This document shows positions 1 to 9,729 of a stretch of 64,000 bases of DNA, piece after piece (within the stretch, counting starts at the first letter, position 1; each line of letters begins with the position of its first letter). Source of the stretch: Deltaproteobacteria bacterium (lineage in GTDB: Bacteria > Desulfobacterota > GWC2-55-46 > UBA9637); assembly GCA_016214995.1 (NCBI GenBank), contig JACRML010000058.1, positions 4,194-68,193 on the forward strand, in the 5' to 3' direction. The notes under the pieces were generated by a model that saw only the letters and a program-made list of their open reading frames with translations, was not told the origin of the DNA and did not search any database. The translations under genes and the position numbers were made by a program.

Positions 1-762
1 TTCTCTTATAAAAGACGAATGCGGCATAATTTCAAGGGTTAGGGCAATGGGGCTCTTAGTGTAAGGATTTATTAAAGATATGGCACCGTGGATATTGGCG
101 GAAAATTCTTTGTTGTCCAACCACAGATTTTTGACTTTTATTTTGCAATCTTTTAATTCAGCAGAAAAGGTTGCCTTTGCCTCTTCCCCAAAAGGAATAG
201 AGAAACCTGATATTTTAAACTTCCCAATATCTATATCTTTTCCTTCCATAGTAACAGTCCCGTAGGGACATTCCCCTTGCTGAAATGTTATCTTTATCTT
301 GCCGTTAAATCTTGCGGTTATGGCAGGAGCAGCTGATTCAGGATTAAGGGATGATATGGTTCCTGCATCTATGTTGTTTGCCCAAAGGTTTACATCAGTG
401 TTTTTACCTTTCAGCAGAATATCTCCGCTCAGGCTGCTCTGCCCCTTATTTCCTGCTACAACAATCTTGACCCTGCCCATGAAAAGATAGATTGGATTAA
501 ACTTAACTTGCAGTCTGTCCAGACTGAGGACGGGCTTCTCAAACAGCTCATGAGCAAACGACACCTGCCTCATCTCAATCCCAATGGGCGGTAATAATAG
601 CTTTTTAAATTCTTTTTCTGTGAAAACAAAACCAGTGGTCTCCTGCAGCTCTTTCTTTATTGCATCCTTTATAAAATCTTCAGGAATGGTTAATATCAAT
701 CCATAAAAGAATACAATAATTCCTGCTGCTGCCAGCGAAATAATCTTTATGTATTTCTTCAC
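1..762 (-). CDS. gspN: type II secretion system protein GspN (partial, runs off left edge)
   Basis: Manual reverse-strand translation from a GTG at 762: VKKYIKIISLAAAGIIVFFYGLILTIPEDFIKDAIKKELQETTGFVFTEKEF...; one TM plus AsmA/GspN-like beta domain; last gene of the gsp operon. Missing from the ORF track because no stop lies in the window. Confidence 0.8.
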   Translation of the reverse strand, partial: MKKYIKIISLAAAGIIVFFYGLILTIPEDFIKDAIKKELQETTGFVFTEKEFKKLLLPPIGIEMRQVSFAHELFEKPVLSLDRLQVKFNPIYLFMGRVKIVVAGNKGQSSLSGDILLKGKNTDVNLWANNIDAGTISSLNPESAAPAITARFNGKIKITFQQGECPYGTVTMEGKDIDIGKFKISGFSIPFGEEAKATFSAELKDCKIKVKNLWLDNKEFSANIHGAISLINPYTKSPIALTLEIMPHSSFIRE

Positions 763-820
763 CTGTAAATCCTTTCACACCTCAGGCAGCTAACCAGTAG
801 AAACAGACCTTTAGGTCTGT

Positions 821-860
821 TACCCCCCCCCAAAAAATGCAACTGCATTTTGGGGGGGTA
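821..860. repeat. Short palindromic repeat AAAATGCAACTGCATTTT family (representative)
   Basis: taccccccccccaaaaaatgcaactgcattttgggggggta; relatives at 1513-1536, 1575-1608, 5048-5084, 5209-5234, 26278-26301, 56926-56953, 63144-63170; half-copy at 53733-53760. Confidence 0.8.
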
Positions 861-933
861 TAAACGGGCTATCAAAACAGATCTGAAGACCTGCTTCCAC
901 AGCTCGTGATTTTTGGTAGAATTTTTCCCAATT

Positions 934-1491
934 TTATGGTGTCTTTTTTGTCAGGAAGATAATATGCATGGCTATATCTAATAGCGCTGGATTATCAAAA
1001 CGGGCATCTATGGAAATGCTTTTTATCAAAAGCAGGTTCTTATGATTCTCTATCTTATAGAGCAGGTTTACAAGCTGGTTGAGATTTATCCCGTTTACCT
1101 TTACCTCAACTCCGTTCTTCACATAACCCTCTTCTATTTTTTCCTCAACGGGTTTAAAAGATGAAATCTTGTCCTTGATGCCTATACCCCTGCCGATTTC
1201 CTGTATAATAGCGCCTGTTGACCCCTCTGTTTGCGGGGCATATATTTTCTTTTCAATTGTCTCCATCCCCGCCTTTTTCTTAAGCTTCAGATACTCTTCC
1301 CTGACATTATTAAATCTAATCAACTCCTGCTTCTTTAAAGACACCATTTTCTCTACGCTGCCTACCCATTTAACCGCTGCAACAACAGATATAATCAGCG
1401 CAAATACCACTGCTAATCCAGTCAGATAAAATGCAGTCTTATCGCGAAAATCATCAGCTATTTTTCCAATATTCATTGTTGTACGCCTCAA
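934..1491 (-). CDS. gspM: type II secretion system protein GspM
   Basis: Short bitopic membrane protein in canonical position after gspL. Confidence 0.75.
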   Translation of the reverse strand: MRRTTMNIGKIADDFRDKTAFYLTGLAVVFALIISVVAAVKWVGSVEKMVSLKKQELIRFNNVREEYLKLKKKAGMETIEKKIYAPQTEGSTGAIIQEIGRGIGIKDKISSFKPVEEKIEEGYVKNGVEVKVNGINLNQLVNLLYKIENHKNLLLIKSISIDARFDNPALLDIAMHIIFLTKKTP

Positions 1492-1608
1492 AAAAGGATA
1501 TGCAAAAGATTAGCCCAAAAAATGCACTGGCATTTTCATCCCCCTTTGTGAGCCTATGGCTCGTGAGGGTTTGCCTCGAAAAATTAAAAGCAACTGCATT
1601 TTTCGGGG

Positions 1609-2940
1609 TTAAATGCCTTTATGAATAATTGAGAAGCTGAACGTAACCCCGCCTCCCGGCTTTGTTTTGATATCTGTCAGAGAGACTTCCTGCAAATAAG
1701 AAGCCTTCGCAATCGCATCCTTAAAACCGCCGGCTGCTTCAAACGAATCCGCTTCTCCCTTTGCAATTATCCTTCCCTCTTCCATGTGAATCTTATACAG
1801 TCTTATCCGTACGTGCTTATCAATACCTTTTGCCAACTCCTTCATTACCTCAAGCACAGGCATACCATCGGCAAAAACCTGATTTTCTTTTTTAAGCCCC
1901 TTTAGTTTGGCCTCAAGTTGATATAACGAGTCCACCACATTCGGCTCCCCTGGAAAGAGTCCGAGATAGCCTGCCTTCAACTCTTTCTCTATTTGAACAA
2001 GCTTGCTGCTAAACATCCTGTGCTTCAGATATGCGTTAGCCCCCCACAGGCAAAGCAAGATTGCGGCAAGAATTGCAGCCGCAACCATTCCTCTCTTGGC
2101 TGCGCGGACATCTTTTGCATAGGCGAACTCCCCTTTTCTGAAGTTTATAGTTTGCTTCAGGCCTTCTTCTTTAAGATATGCTGCCAATGCAATGATGCCT
2201 GTCCTTTCCGGATATTCATTTAACATTTGTCCCCAGTTCCGACTGGCTAACGGCAGCAATACATTCTCTTTGCCAGAAACAATATCTGATTTGTCACTTG
2301 CATTGCCGATGCTGTATATCTTTTCTACCTCTATCCCTTCAGTAAAAAGATTTGCGATGGCAAGCTTCAAATCCAGAGCATCTCTTAACTCGCTGAAGAG
2401 ATAAGGCTTCCCGTCTTTAGACACTACGACAGATTCTCTATCAATCAATGCTACTGCAGTGCCGTTGGCAGAAATGTCTTCTAAAAGTTTATGCTTTGAA
2501 AAAATGGCGGAGCCAATCCATGACGGGTCAACATCGGCCTTTTTCAAGATATCCAGATAGTACTGCAAGGTTTTTTTTCCCACAGATACTGCAAGAATCC
2601 TCTGCTCCCCAACAGGCATTGCCTCTATAAACATGTCATCTGTCTTTTCAGGAAGCAGTTCGCTGAGTTCAAACGACAGAACCTCTTTTACCTTTTTATC
2701 ATAAAAGGGCAGGGCAACGACTCTCATACTCACTTGACTGACAGGTATGCCTGCCATAATCATTGTAAAATCTTCATAGCCTTTTCCCCTGATATCCCGC
2801 AAAAGAGAAGAAAGCGCCATGCCAGCATCTCCGTCAATTTGAGAAGTAAAGAATGCCTCTGGTTCTACTTTTTTGGATGAAAATATTCCAGCGTTGACGG
2901 ATTCTCTGCCGAAATCCAGGATCAGAATATGCCTTGCCAT
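1609..2940 (-). CDS. gspL: type II secretion system protein GspL (PilM/GspL actin-like fold plus TM)
   Basis: Protein pattern and operon position. Confidence 0.8.
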   Translation of the reverse strand: MARHILILDFGRESVNAGIFSSKKVEPEAFFTSQIDGDAGMALSSLLRDIRGKGYEDFTMIMAGIPVSQVSMRVVALPFYDKKVKEVLSFELSELLPEKTDDMFIEAMPVGEQRILAVSVGKKTLQYYLDILKKADVDPSWIGSAIFSKHKLLEDISANGTAVALIDRESVVVSKDGKPYLFSELRDALDLKLAIANLFTEGIEVEKIYSIGNASDKSDIVSGKENVLLPLASRNWGQMLNEYPERTGIIALAAYLKEEGLKQTINFRKGEFAYAKDVRAAKRGMVAAAILAAILLCLWGANAYLKHRMFSSKLVQIEKELKAGYLGLFPGEPNVVDSLYQLEAKLKGLKKENQVFADGMPVLEVMKELAKGIDKHVRIRLYKIHMEEGRIIAKGEADSFEAAGGFKDAIAKASYLQEVSLTDIKTKPGGGVTFSFSIIHKGI

Positions 2941-3950
2941 TACCTCTCTCTCCAGAATAAAATCTTATGAGCCTGACCTGTCTGAACCACTGCCTCTACC
3001 TCCCTGAGAGTCCCTCCCACATCTGCCTTTGAGAATATCCTGAAAATATTGCTTTTTACAACAATCTTACCCTGAAGGCTGAAACCTATTGTCTCAAAAC
3101 CGGCCACCTTTCTTATGTCTGCAGTATCCTTGAAAGGATTTTCTCTTCTATAATCTAGGACCCTCTGCGCCATATCTTCAGTAATATCATCATGCATAGA
3201 CATTATAACCTCTTTTGGGGCAGTATTTATATTTATGGAGCCGTCAGTATATGTGGTTACAAAAGGAGTAAGTCTTTTATAAGTTGTTGCTGAATAGCCT
3301 TTTATCAATAACAATTCCTCAATGCTGTCCATCGGGCTGTTTTTTGCCGCATATGCAGAAGATAATCTCTGATAGTAATTATAGGTTTCTCCGCCCCCAG
3401 GCCTTATTTCATCATTAATATCTATCCAGTCTGCGGTAGTGTCTGATAGTTCTTTTCCCAATCCAAGATTTTCTAAAAGCCTTGAATAGATATTATAATA
3501 TTCGGTATTGGTTTCGCCATTACTATATACAATAGCGTTAAGAGACACCTTACCATGCTCATCTTCAGCCTTTACGACAAGCGCCTTATTCCCTTCTGCA
3601 AATACCTTGTAGGAGTTTTCTTCATTTAATGCGGTATACGACATGTTCTTCATTATAGCATCTAATCCCATGCCTGCAAATTCTACCCCCCCCTCGGCCA
3701 GAAGGCTTGCCCTCTGTGCGTCTCTGTAAGAGTTGGTCATTGATATGTGGATATGCACGGCGTAGACAATCTCCACTATAACAGCTACAAGGATGGCAGT
3801 TATCAAAAGGGTTATTACAAGGGCAAGACCTTGCTCCTGCTTTGCCCTTGTTGCAGGATAAAAGCTGCAAACAGATTTGACAAACCTTGTTTTTTCCACC
3901 TGAAAATGTAAATTCCAAATCTCAAATCCCAGGTTCCAAATAATATTCAA
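2940..3950 (-). CDS. gspK: type II secretion minor pseudopilin GspK
   Basis: GLALVITLLITAILVAVIVEIVY N-terminal helix, HhH-like INTAPKEVI region. Confidence 0.88.
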   Translation of the reverse strand: MNIIWNLGFEIWNLHFQVEKTRFVKSVCSFYPATRAKQEQGLALVITLLITAILVAVIVEIVYAVHIHISMTNSYRDAQRASLLAEGGVEFAGMGLDAIMKNMSYTALNEENSYKVFAEGNKALVVKAEDEHGKVSLNAIVYSNGETNTEYYNIYSRLLENLGLGKELSDTTADWIDINDEIRPGGGETYNYYQRLSSAYAAKNSPMDSIEELLLIKGYSATTYKRLTPFVTTYTDGSININTAPKEVIMSMHDDITEDMAQRVLDYRRENPFKDTADIRKVAGFETIGFSLQGKIVVKSNIFRIFSKADVGGTLREVEAVVQTGQAHKILFWRER

Positions 3951-4041
3951 TAACCAAAAATCAAAAAGCTGATTGTTGCGATTTGGTTATTGGAATTTAT
4001 TTGGTTACTGGTGTTTGGTAATCGGAATTTTTATCCTCCCT

Positions 4042-4722
4042 CTACCTTATTCTCGTTCTGACAATTGTTGAAAACTCCCTTACCTCACCCCTGTCTTTAA
4101 CGGCAATTACAACCCTCACAGCCTCAGGGAGTTTCTTTTCAAGGGAACTGTCCCATGTCTTTGCCCAATCCTTTCCGTTAAAATAGCTAACCTCAAAGCC
4201 TTCCACACCTTCAACAACCTCGGCACTGAGTCCATCTTTTCCGTCTCCGGTATATGGATTCCATGTCTTCTTATATAGCGTCAAAACCTCATCTGTATTT
4301 TCTTGAACAGAATACTGTACGGCTAAGAGGTCGCTGACCGGGTAGCCGCCCCGTATGAGAGGATATGTAAAGGCAGTAAATAGAACTTCACTAAAAGGTT
4401 TATTGTAGCTACCCTTTTTCCCACCGGCAAAGATGGTTCTGGAATTATTGTCTTTAAAAAAAGAGGACTGGATTTCCAGAGAAAAGATATCCAAAAACCG
4501 CCTGATTTCCCTCGTCCGCTCCAGTTCATTTTCTATCTTTTCCTGACTGCTCAGTACTGAAAAAAAACTTCCATAAAGGGCTGTGAGTACCACAGACATT
4601 ATTGAAACAGCAATCAGTAGTTCTAATAAAGTAAAACCATTATTAGCGGAATTTGAAATTTGAAATTTGAAATTTGAAATTTTATTTTTTAGTCTCATAT
4701 GTTTCCAGGGTAATCCTTTCAT
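4042..4722 (-). CDS. gspJ: type II secretion pseudopilin GspJ
   Basis: Prepilin motif NGFTLLELLIAVSIMSVVLTALYG; operon position. Confidence 0.85.
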   Translation of the reverse strand: MKGLPWKHMRLKNKISNFKFQISNSANNGFTLLELLIAVSIMSVVLTALYGSFFSVLSSQEKIENELERTREIRRFLDIFSLEIQSSFFKDNNSRTIFAGGKKGSYNKPFSEVLFTAFTYPLIRGGYPVSDLLAVQYSVQENTDEVLTLYKKTWNPYTGDGKDGLSAEVVEGVEGFEVSYFNGKDWAKTWDSSLEKKLPEAVRVVIAVKDRGEVREFSTIVRTRIR

Positions 4723-5263
4723 CCCTTCCCCATGATACAGAAAGGTATACCTTTTTAAGGCCGCTTATCTGTGTATCTTCTGCATCATACTTCCATCGGA
4801 AATTTTCAAATTTAGGCGCAAAATCCCCTTCCTTGTCCTGAAGAATGCCGCCTGTCTTCATCTCCTCCAGTTTTTCCCTTGCCAGCATGGTCGCAATGGT
4901 CATGTCCCTGTCCCTTTCTATAATGCTTAAATGATAATTGAGGCTGCCTAAAATCGTTATAATCACTCCGGATAAAAGCGCAAGCGACACCATTATCTCC
5001 AGCAATGTAAAACCTTTTTCGGATTTCGGATCTGCCTGCGAAGTTATGACCCGAAAAATGCATTTAGTTTTTATTTTTCGGGTCAAACGCAAGATTTGAG
5101 CCAAAGACAAGGAAAAGCTGGCTGGACAAAACGGAGCATACTGTTTTAAGTATGTGAGTATTTGGACAGTTAGCTTTGACGCAGTATTTGGCCAAAGATT
5201 GCGTTTGTAAGAAAATGTTATTGCATTTTCTGGGATGATGCTCTGTATAAAATTTCTAAACAT
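4682..5263 (-). CDS. gspI: type II secretion pseudopilin GspI (start uncertain; ORF has an unusually long leader)
   Basis: EKGFTLLEIMVSLALLSGVIITILG prepilin motif. Confidence 0.82.
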   Translation of the reverse strand: MFRNFIQSIIPENAITFSYKRNLWPNTASKLTVQILTYLKQYAPFCPASFSLSLAQILRLTRKIKTKCIFRVITSQADPKSEKGFTLLEIMVSLALLSGVIITILGSLNYHLSIIERDRDMTIATMLAREKLEEMKTGGILQDKEGDFAPKFENFRWKYDAEDTQISGLKKVYLSVSWGRDERITLETYETKK

Positions 5264-5858
5264 ATCCCTTCAAAACCTTTACCTTGCCTGAATAGGGGTT
5301 ATAGCCAATTGTCAATAATCGCTGTCCCATTTTCAGATGAATGACAAAAGGTTCAGCCCCAACAATGGGGTTGAATACAACCGCCGCTTCTCCCTCGTTT
5401 ATACGTCCCAAGCTTGAAATGACAACATCTTCCATCTCCACCGATTTCTTCAGGGACAATCCTCTTAAAAGGGGCTCCTGCGATTTATTAAACTCAATCC
5501 CGTCTATAGAGGTTTCTATTTTAAACAACTCCTTTTCAGGATAGAACCAAACCCTGTAATATATTTTTTTTGCAGAGGCAGATTCCTCCAGATAACGCAG
5601 CAGGCCGGCCACGCGTCTGGCCTCTGCGTTAAGGGTATAATCTTCAAAGAAATGGATTTTTGGAAAAACGACAAGAAGGACCGTGCCAAGTATAGCTATT
5701 ACTGACAGAAGTTCTAAAAGGGTGAATCCTGTTTTTGAGTGTGAAAGCTGTAGAAACAGGCCTTTAGACCTGTTAATTCTTAAAATGTAGAAACAGGCCT
5801 TCAGGTCTGTTAACATGGCTAAAGCTATGTTTCTACATTTTCTTGTAAATATGTTCAT
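5256..5858 (-). CDS. gspH: type II secretion pseudopilin GspH (start uncertain)
   Basis: KTGFTLLELLSVIAILGTVLLVVFP prepilin motif. Confidence 0.82.
   Translation of the reverse strand: MNIFTRKCRNIALAMLTDLKACFYILRINRSKGLFLQLSHSKTGFTLLELLSVIAILGTVLLVVFPKIHFFEDYTLNAEARRVAGLLRYLEESASAKKIYYRVWFYPEKELFKIETSIDGIEFNKSQEPLLRGLSLKKSVEMEDVVISSLGRINEGEAAVVFNPIVGAEPFVIHLKMGQRLLTIGYNPYSGKVKVLKGYV
5750..5839. repeat. GTAGAAACAGGCCT palindromic repeat cluster
   Basis: gtagaaacaggcctttagacctgtta...gtagaaacaggccttcaggtctgttaacatggctaaagctatgtttctaca; relatives at 797-822 and 7909-7973. Confidence 0.8.
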
Positions 5859-5894
5859 ATAATTCTATCGTAGGCAATTTCCAGCGTGAACTGT

Positions 5895-6362
5895 TTATTC
5901 AATATCCCAATTGCCGATATCTGCATCAAACTTTTCTCCGCCCCTTATGCCGTCTGCGCCGTAAGAAAAAAGGTCATAATCGCCGTGAAGACCTGGAGAT
6001 ATATAAACATATTCTTTCCCCCAGGGGTCTAACGGCACCTTTCTCTTTTCAAGATAACCGCCGTCCCTCCAGCTTTTTGGGATAATGCCAGCCGCAGGTT
6101 TCTCCACCAATGCCATCAGCCCCTGCTCTGTGGACGGATACTGTCCGTTGTCCAGCTTATACATCTTGATTGCGATTTCCAGATTCTTAATCTGCACCTT
6201 TGCCTCTGTAACCTTCGCCTCATCTGCTCTGCCAAGTATTCTCGGTCCGATAATGGCGGCCAGTATACCGAGGATGACAATAACTACCATAAGTTCAATG
6301 AGAGTAAAGCCCCTGCGGCTTTTAATATCAAAATTAAGATATTTGCATCTTAAATCCCGCAT
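5895..6362 (-). CDS. gspG: type II secretion major pseudopilin GspG
   Basis: RRGFTLIELMVVIVILGILAAIIGPRILGRADEAK; QYPSTEQGLMALV; DPWGKEYVY. Confidence 0.97.
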   Translation of the reverse strand: MRDLRCKYLNFDIKSRRGFTLIELMVVIVILGILAAIIGPRILGRADEAKVTEAKVQIKNLEIAIKMYKLDNGQYPSTEQGLMALVEKPAAGIIPKSWRDGGYLEKRKVPLDPWGKEYVYISPGLHGDYDLFSYGADGIRGGEKFDADIGNWDIE

Positions 6363-6677
6363 TATTTTTAAACCTCCTTTTCTACACTTACTTATTGCCT
6401 TTATAGTGAATAACTTAAATAAGTTGACATGGTATTAAGAAATCTTAAATTCTAACCCGGACAAGCCGGAAATGACAAATGTTAAAGCTCAAAGTTCAAA
6501 TGAAATCCAAATTTCAAATTACTAAATTTTTGACATTGGGATTTTGACATTCATTTGACATTTGGATTTTGAAATTTGAACTTTATTTGTAATTTGGATT
6601 TTGTCATTTGACATTTCTTGAAAATCTTTTCCATTTTACGCAAAATTTCATTTGTAAGATATTGTAGTATAACAGGA

Positions 6678-7892
6678 TTATCTCACTATCTGGTTCAGTT
6701 CAAATATAGGGAGAAGGATTGCCAACACCATAAAACCAACAATCAAACCCATTGCCAATATCAGGAAAGGCTCCAATAAAGAAAGGGTTCTTGCAACTGC
6801 TGTTTCAAAATCCTTTTCGTATGCGCTTGCGGCAGAAAGAAGCAGGATGTCCAGTTTTCCGCTCTTCTCGCCTATTGCGACCATATGCGTCAAAAGGCCG
6901 GGGATAAGGACGGAGCCCTTCAGACTCCCTGAAAGCGGTGCGCCTTCCGTAACATCTGCTATAGCTTTATTTAAAACATCTTCAAATGCCGCATGGCCTA
7001 AAGCCCTTTTGGTCATATTCATTGCCTTGAGAATAGGGACGCCGCTTTCCAGAAGGCTTCCGAGTGTTCTTGCAAAACTGGCGATGTAAAACTTGCCCAA
7101 AACTTCTCCGACCAATGGAAGCCTTAAGACAGCCCTGTCCTTAAATGCCTTAACTGACGGTCTTTTTACAAGCCGGCTAAACCCCAAAATGGATGCCACT
7201 GTAACTGCAATCATAATAGGCCAGTAGTTTCTGAAAAAATCTGCGACCGTAAGAAGAATTACCGTAATTAGCGGCATCGCCTGTTTAGTGTCTTCAAATA
7301 TCTTTGTTATCTTAGGGATTACGAATATAAAAAGAAATGACAAGACACCGAAACCCACTATGGTCATTATGGCTGGATAAATAAGGGCTGTCTTTATCTG
7401 CGCCTGAATCTTTGCACTTGACTCCAGATATTCCGCAAGCCTTTTAAGGACATTATCAAGAGTACCGCTTGCCTCTCCTGCCTCTACCATCCTCCGATAT
7501 ACATCCGGAAATATCTCAGGATGCTCGTCCATTGCTCCGGACAGGGAACTTCCCTCGGATATTCGCTCTCTTACCCTGATGACGGCATCTCTTAAATATC
7601 TGTTCTCCTCTTCACCTATTAGAACCGATAATGCGTCAGAAAGGGCGGCGCCTGATGCGAGAAGTGTTGAAAGGTGGGTAGTTGCTGCGGCAAGTTCGGG
7701 TAATGAGGTGCGGCGGCTCAGCAATCTTAAGATTGCAAACCGCTCAGATTTTTTAGTTGGCGCGGATATTTCTTTTGGATACAGGCCATCCTTCTTAAGC
7801 ATCTGGAGGGCGTTTTTGTTGCTTATGGCCTCAACCTCTCCGGATACCTCTTTGCCAGCAGCATTATAGGCCTTGTATTGGAAGATCGGCAT
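6678..7892 (-). CDS. gspF: type II secretion inner membrane protein GspF
   Basis: MPIFQYKAYNAAGKEVSGEVEA..., GspF duplicated domain. Confidence 0.97.
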   Translation of the reverse strand: MPIFQYKAYNAAGKEVSGEVEAISNKNALQMLKKDGLYPKEISAPTKKSERFAILRLLSRRTSLPELAAATTHLSTLLASGAALSDALSVLIGEEENRYLRDAVIRVRERISEGSSLSGAMDEHPEIFPDVYRRMVEAGEASGTLDNVLKRLAEYLESSAKIQAQIKTALIYPAIMTIVGFGVLSFLFIFVIPKITKIFEDTKQAMPLITVILLTVADFFRNYWPIMIAVTVASILGFSRLVKRPSVKAFKDRAVLRLPLVGEVLGKFYIASFARTLGSLLESGVPILKAMNMTKRALGHAAFEDVLNKAIADVTEGAPLSGSLKGSVLIPGLLTHMVAIGEKSGKLDILLLSAASAYEKDFETAVARTLSLLEPFLILAMGLIVGFMVLAILLPIFELNQIVR

Positions 7893-7972
7893 AAATTTCG
7901 TGCGCTAATTGCAGAAACATAGCTTTAGCTATATTGGTTTTAACAGGCCTACATGCCTGTTTCTGCAATTCT

Positions 7973-8117
7973 AACAGTTTGTTGAAAAACTCAACAAACT
8001 CTGATTGCACAGATAAAAGATTAGATTTCACAGATTAAAACCCATTGAAATATCTGTGTAATCGTTTTTCCTAATCTGTGTAATCAAGGCTGTTGATGCC
8101 TTTTTCAACAGCCTGCT
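7973..8117. repeat. Long imperfect inverted repeat between gspE and gspF
   Basis: acagtttgttgaaaaactcaacaaact ... gattgcacagataaa / ctgtgtaatcaaggctgttgatgcctttttcaacagcc. Confidence 0.7.
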
Positions 8118-8169
8118 AAATAGTTAATCGTGGAAACACGGTTTCAGCCGTGTCATTTCAGTCTGCAAT

Positions 8170-9726
8170 TCAATCTATCTGCGTTACCCTCAATACCTCT
8201 TCAAGGCTTGTAACACCTGTGGCTGCCTTCTCAAGGCCATCTTCTCTTATGGTTTTCATGCCGCCGGCGACAGCGTATTCCTTTACGGTAGTTGAGTCAG
8301 GATTTTTCAACAGCAATGTCCTCAGAGACTGGTCTATTTGCATGAATTCAAATATGCCTATTCTGCCCTGATAGCCTGTCTTAAAGCATCTGCCGCACCC
8401 TCTTGCCCTCCATAATTTCTTTAAATTATATCTTTGAAGCATGGCAATTTCCTGCTCGGTTGGCGCATACTCTTCTTTGCAATCAGGGCATAATACGCGC
8501 ATAAGCCTCTGGGCAATCACAGCGGATAAAGAAGAAGACAACAAGAACGGTTCTATCCCCATGTCCACAAGTCTTGTTACCGCAGTCGGGGCATCATTTG
8601 TGTGAAGCGTTGACAGCACGAGATGGCCTGTCAGAGACGCCTGAATCGCCATCTTTGCAGTTTCCATGTCTCTTATCTCTCCAACCATGATAATGTCGGG
8701 GTCCTGTCTTAAAATGGAGCGGAGGCCGTTTGCAAAGTTTAAATTAATCTTTGGGTTTACCTGTATCTGGCCGATGCCGTTCAGCTGATACTCTATCGGA
8801 TCTTCGATAGTGATAATATTCCGCTCATTTGAGTTTATCCTGTTGAGTGCGGCGTAAAGAGTGGTGGTTTTTCCTGAACCGGTCGGGCCTGTGACAAGTA
8901 TAATTCCATGATTTTGCAGAAGCAGGGATTCAAGCACTTTAACCTGTTTGGCTTGAAGCCCTATATCTTCAAGGCCGATGAGCCCCCCTTTCCTGTCGAG
9001 GAGCCTTAAAACAGCCCTTTCTCCGAAGGCGGTCGGCACAGTGGCTACCCTGACATCAATATCCTTTCCTGCGACAAGCAATCTTATTCTGCCATCCTGC
9101 GGCAGCCTCTTTTCAGCAATATCCATATTCGCCATAATCTTTACCCTGGATATCAGCGCATCCTGTATTATCTTTGGCGGGGCAATAACCGGATAAAGTA
9201 CTCCGTCTATTCTGAAGCGGACATCTACGCGCCGTTCAAAAGGCTCAATATGTACGTCGCTTGCCTTCTCCTTTACAGCCTGAAACAAGAGCGAGTTTAA
9301 TAGTTTTATTACAGGCGCCTCATCTGTCAGGTCCAGAAGATCTTTAGGCTCTTCCCATTGTTGGGCAATGGCTTCGAGGCTTTCACCGCTTAATTCCTCC
9401 ACCACATCCTGAGCAGAACCTGAAATCCTTTCATAAAATCTGTGGATTGCGTTCAGAATCTGCTGTGGGGGCGATAGTACAGGCCATACATGGACAGAAA
9501 GCATTCTTTCAACATCATCCAGCGCAAACATATCCTTTGGAGCGGACAGGGCCACCAGCAGCCTTTTTTCCTCCATTTTTAAAGGGAATATCATGTTGGC
9601 CTTTACAAAGGGCAAGGGCAGCTTTTCTAAAAAAGCCGGGTCAACGTCGCTGTCTTCAATAGTTTCTTTGTAGGGAAGGCCGAATCTTGCCGAAATAGCG
9701 GCAATATCTATATCCGATTTGTTCAT
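8170..9726 (-). CDS. gspE: type II secretion ATPase GspE
   Basis: GPTGSGKTTTLY Walker A, RSILRQDPDIIMVGEIRD, Zn-binding CPDCKEEY...CGRCFKTGY. Confidence 0.98.
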   Translation of the reverse strand: MNKSDIDIAAISARFGLPYKETIEDSDVDPAFLEKLPLPFVKANMIFPLKMEEKRLLVALSAPKDMFALDDVERMLSVHVWPVLSPPQQILNAIHRFYERISGSAQDVVEELSGESLEAIAQQWEEPKDLLDLTDEAPVIKLLNSLLFQAVKEKASDVHIEPFERRVDVRFRIDGVLYPVIAPPKIIQDALISRVKIMANMDIAEKRLPQDGRIRLLVAGKDIDVRVATVPTAFGERAVLRLLDRKGGLIGLEDIGLQAKQVKVLESLLLQNHGIILVTGPTGSGKTTTLYAALNRINSNERNIITIEDPIEYQLNGIGQIQVNPKINLNFANGLRSILRQDPDIIMVGEIRDMETAKMAIQASLTGHLVLSTLHTNDAPTAVTRLVDMGIEPFLLSSSLSAVIAQRLMRVLCPDCKEEYAPTEQEIAMLQRYNLKKLWRARGCGRCFKTGYQGRIGIFEFMQIDQSLRTLLLKNPDSTTVKEYAVAGGMKTIREDGLEKAATGVTSLEEVLRVTQID

Positions 9727-9729
9727 TTG

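Noticed and set aside
80-490. Plus-strand ORFs 80..265 and 299..490
   Set aside because: Antisense to gspN, which translates cleanly on the minus strand; no family features.
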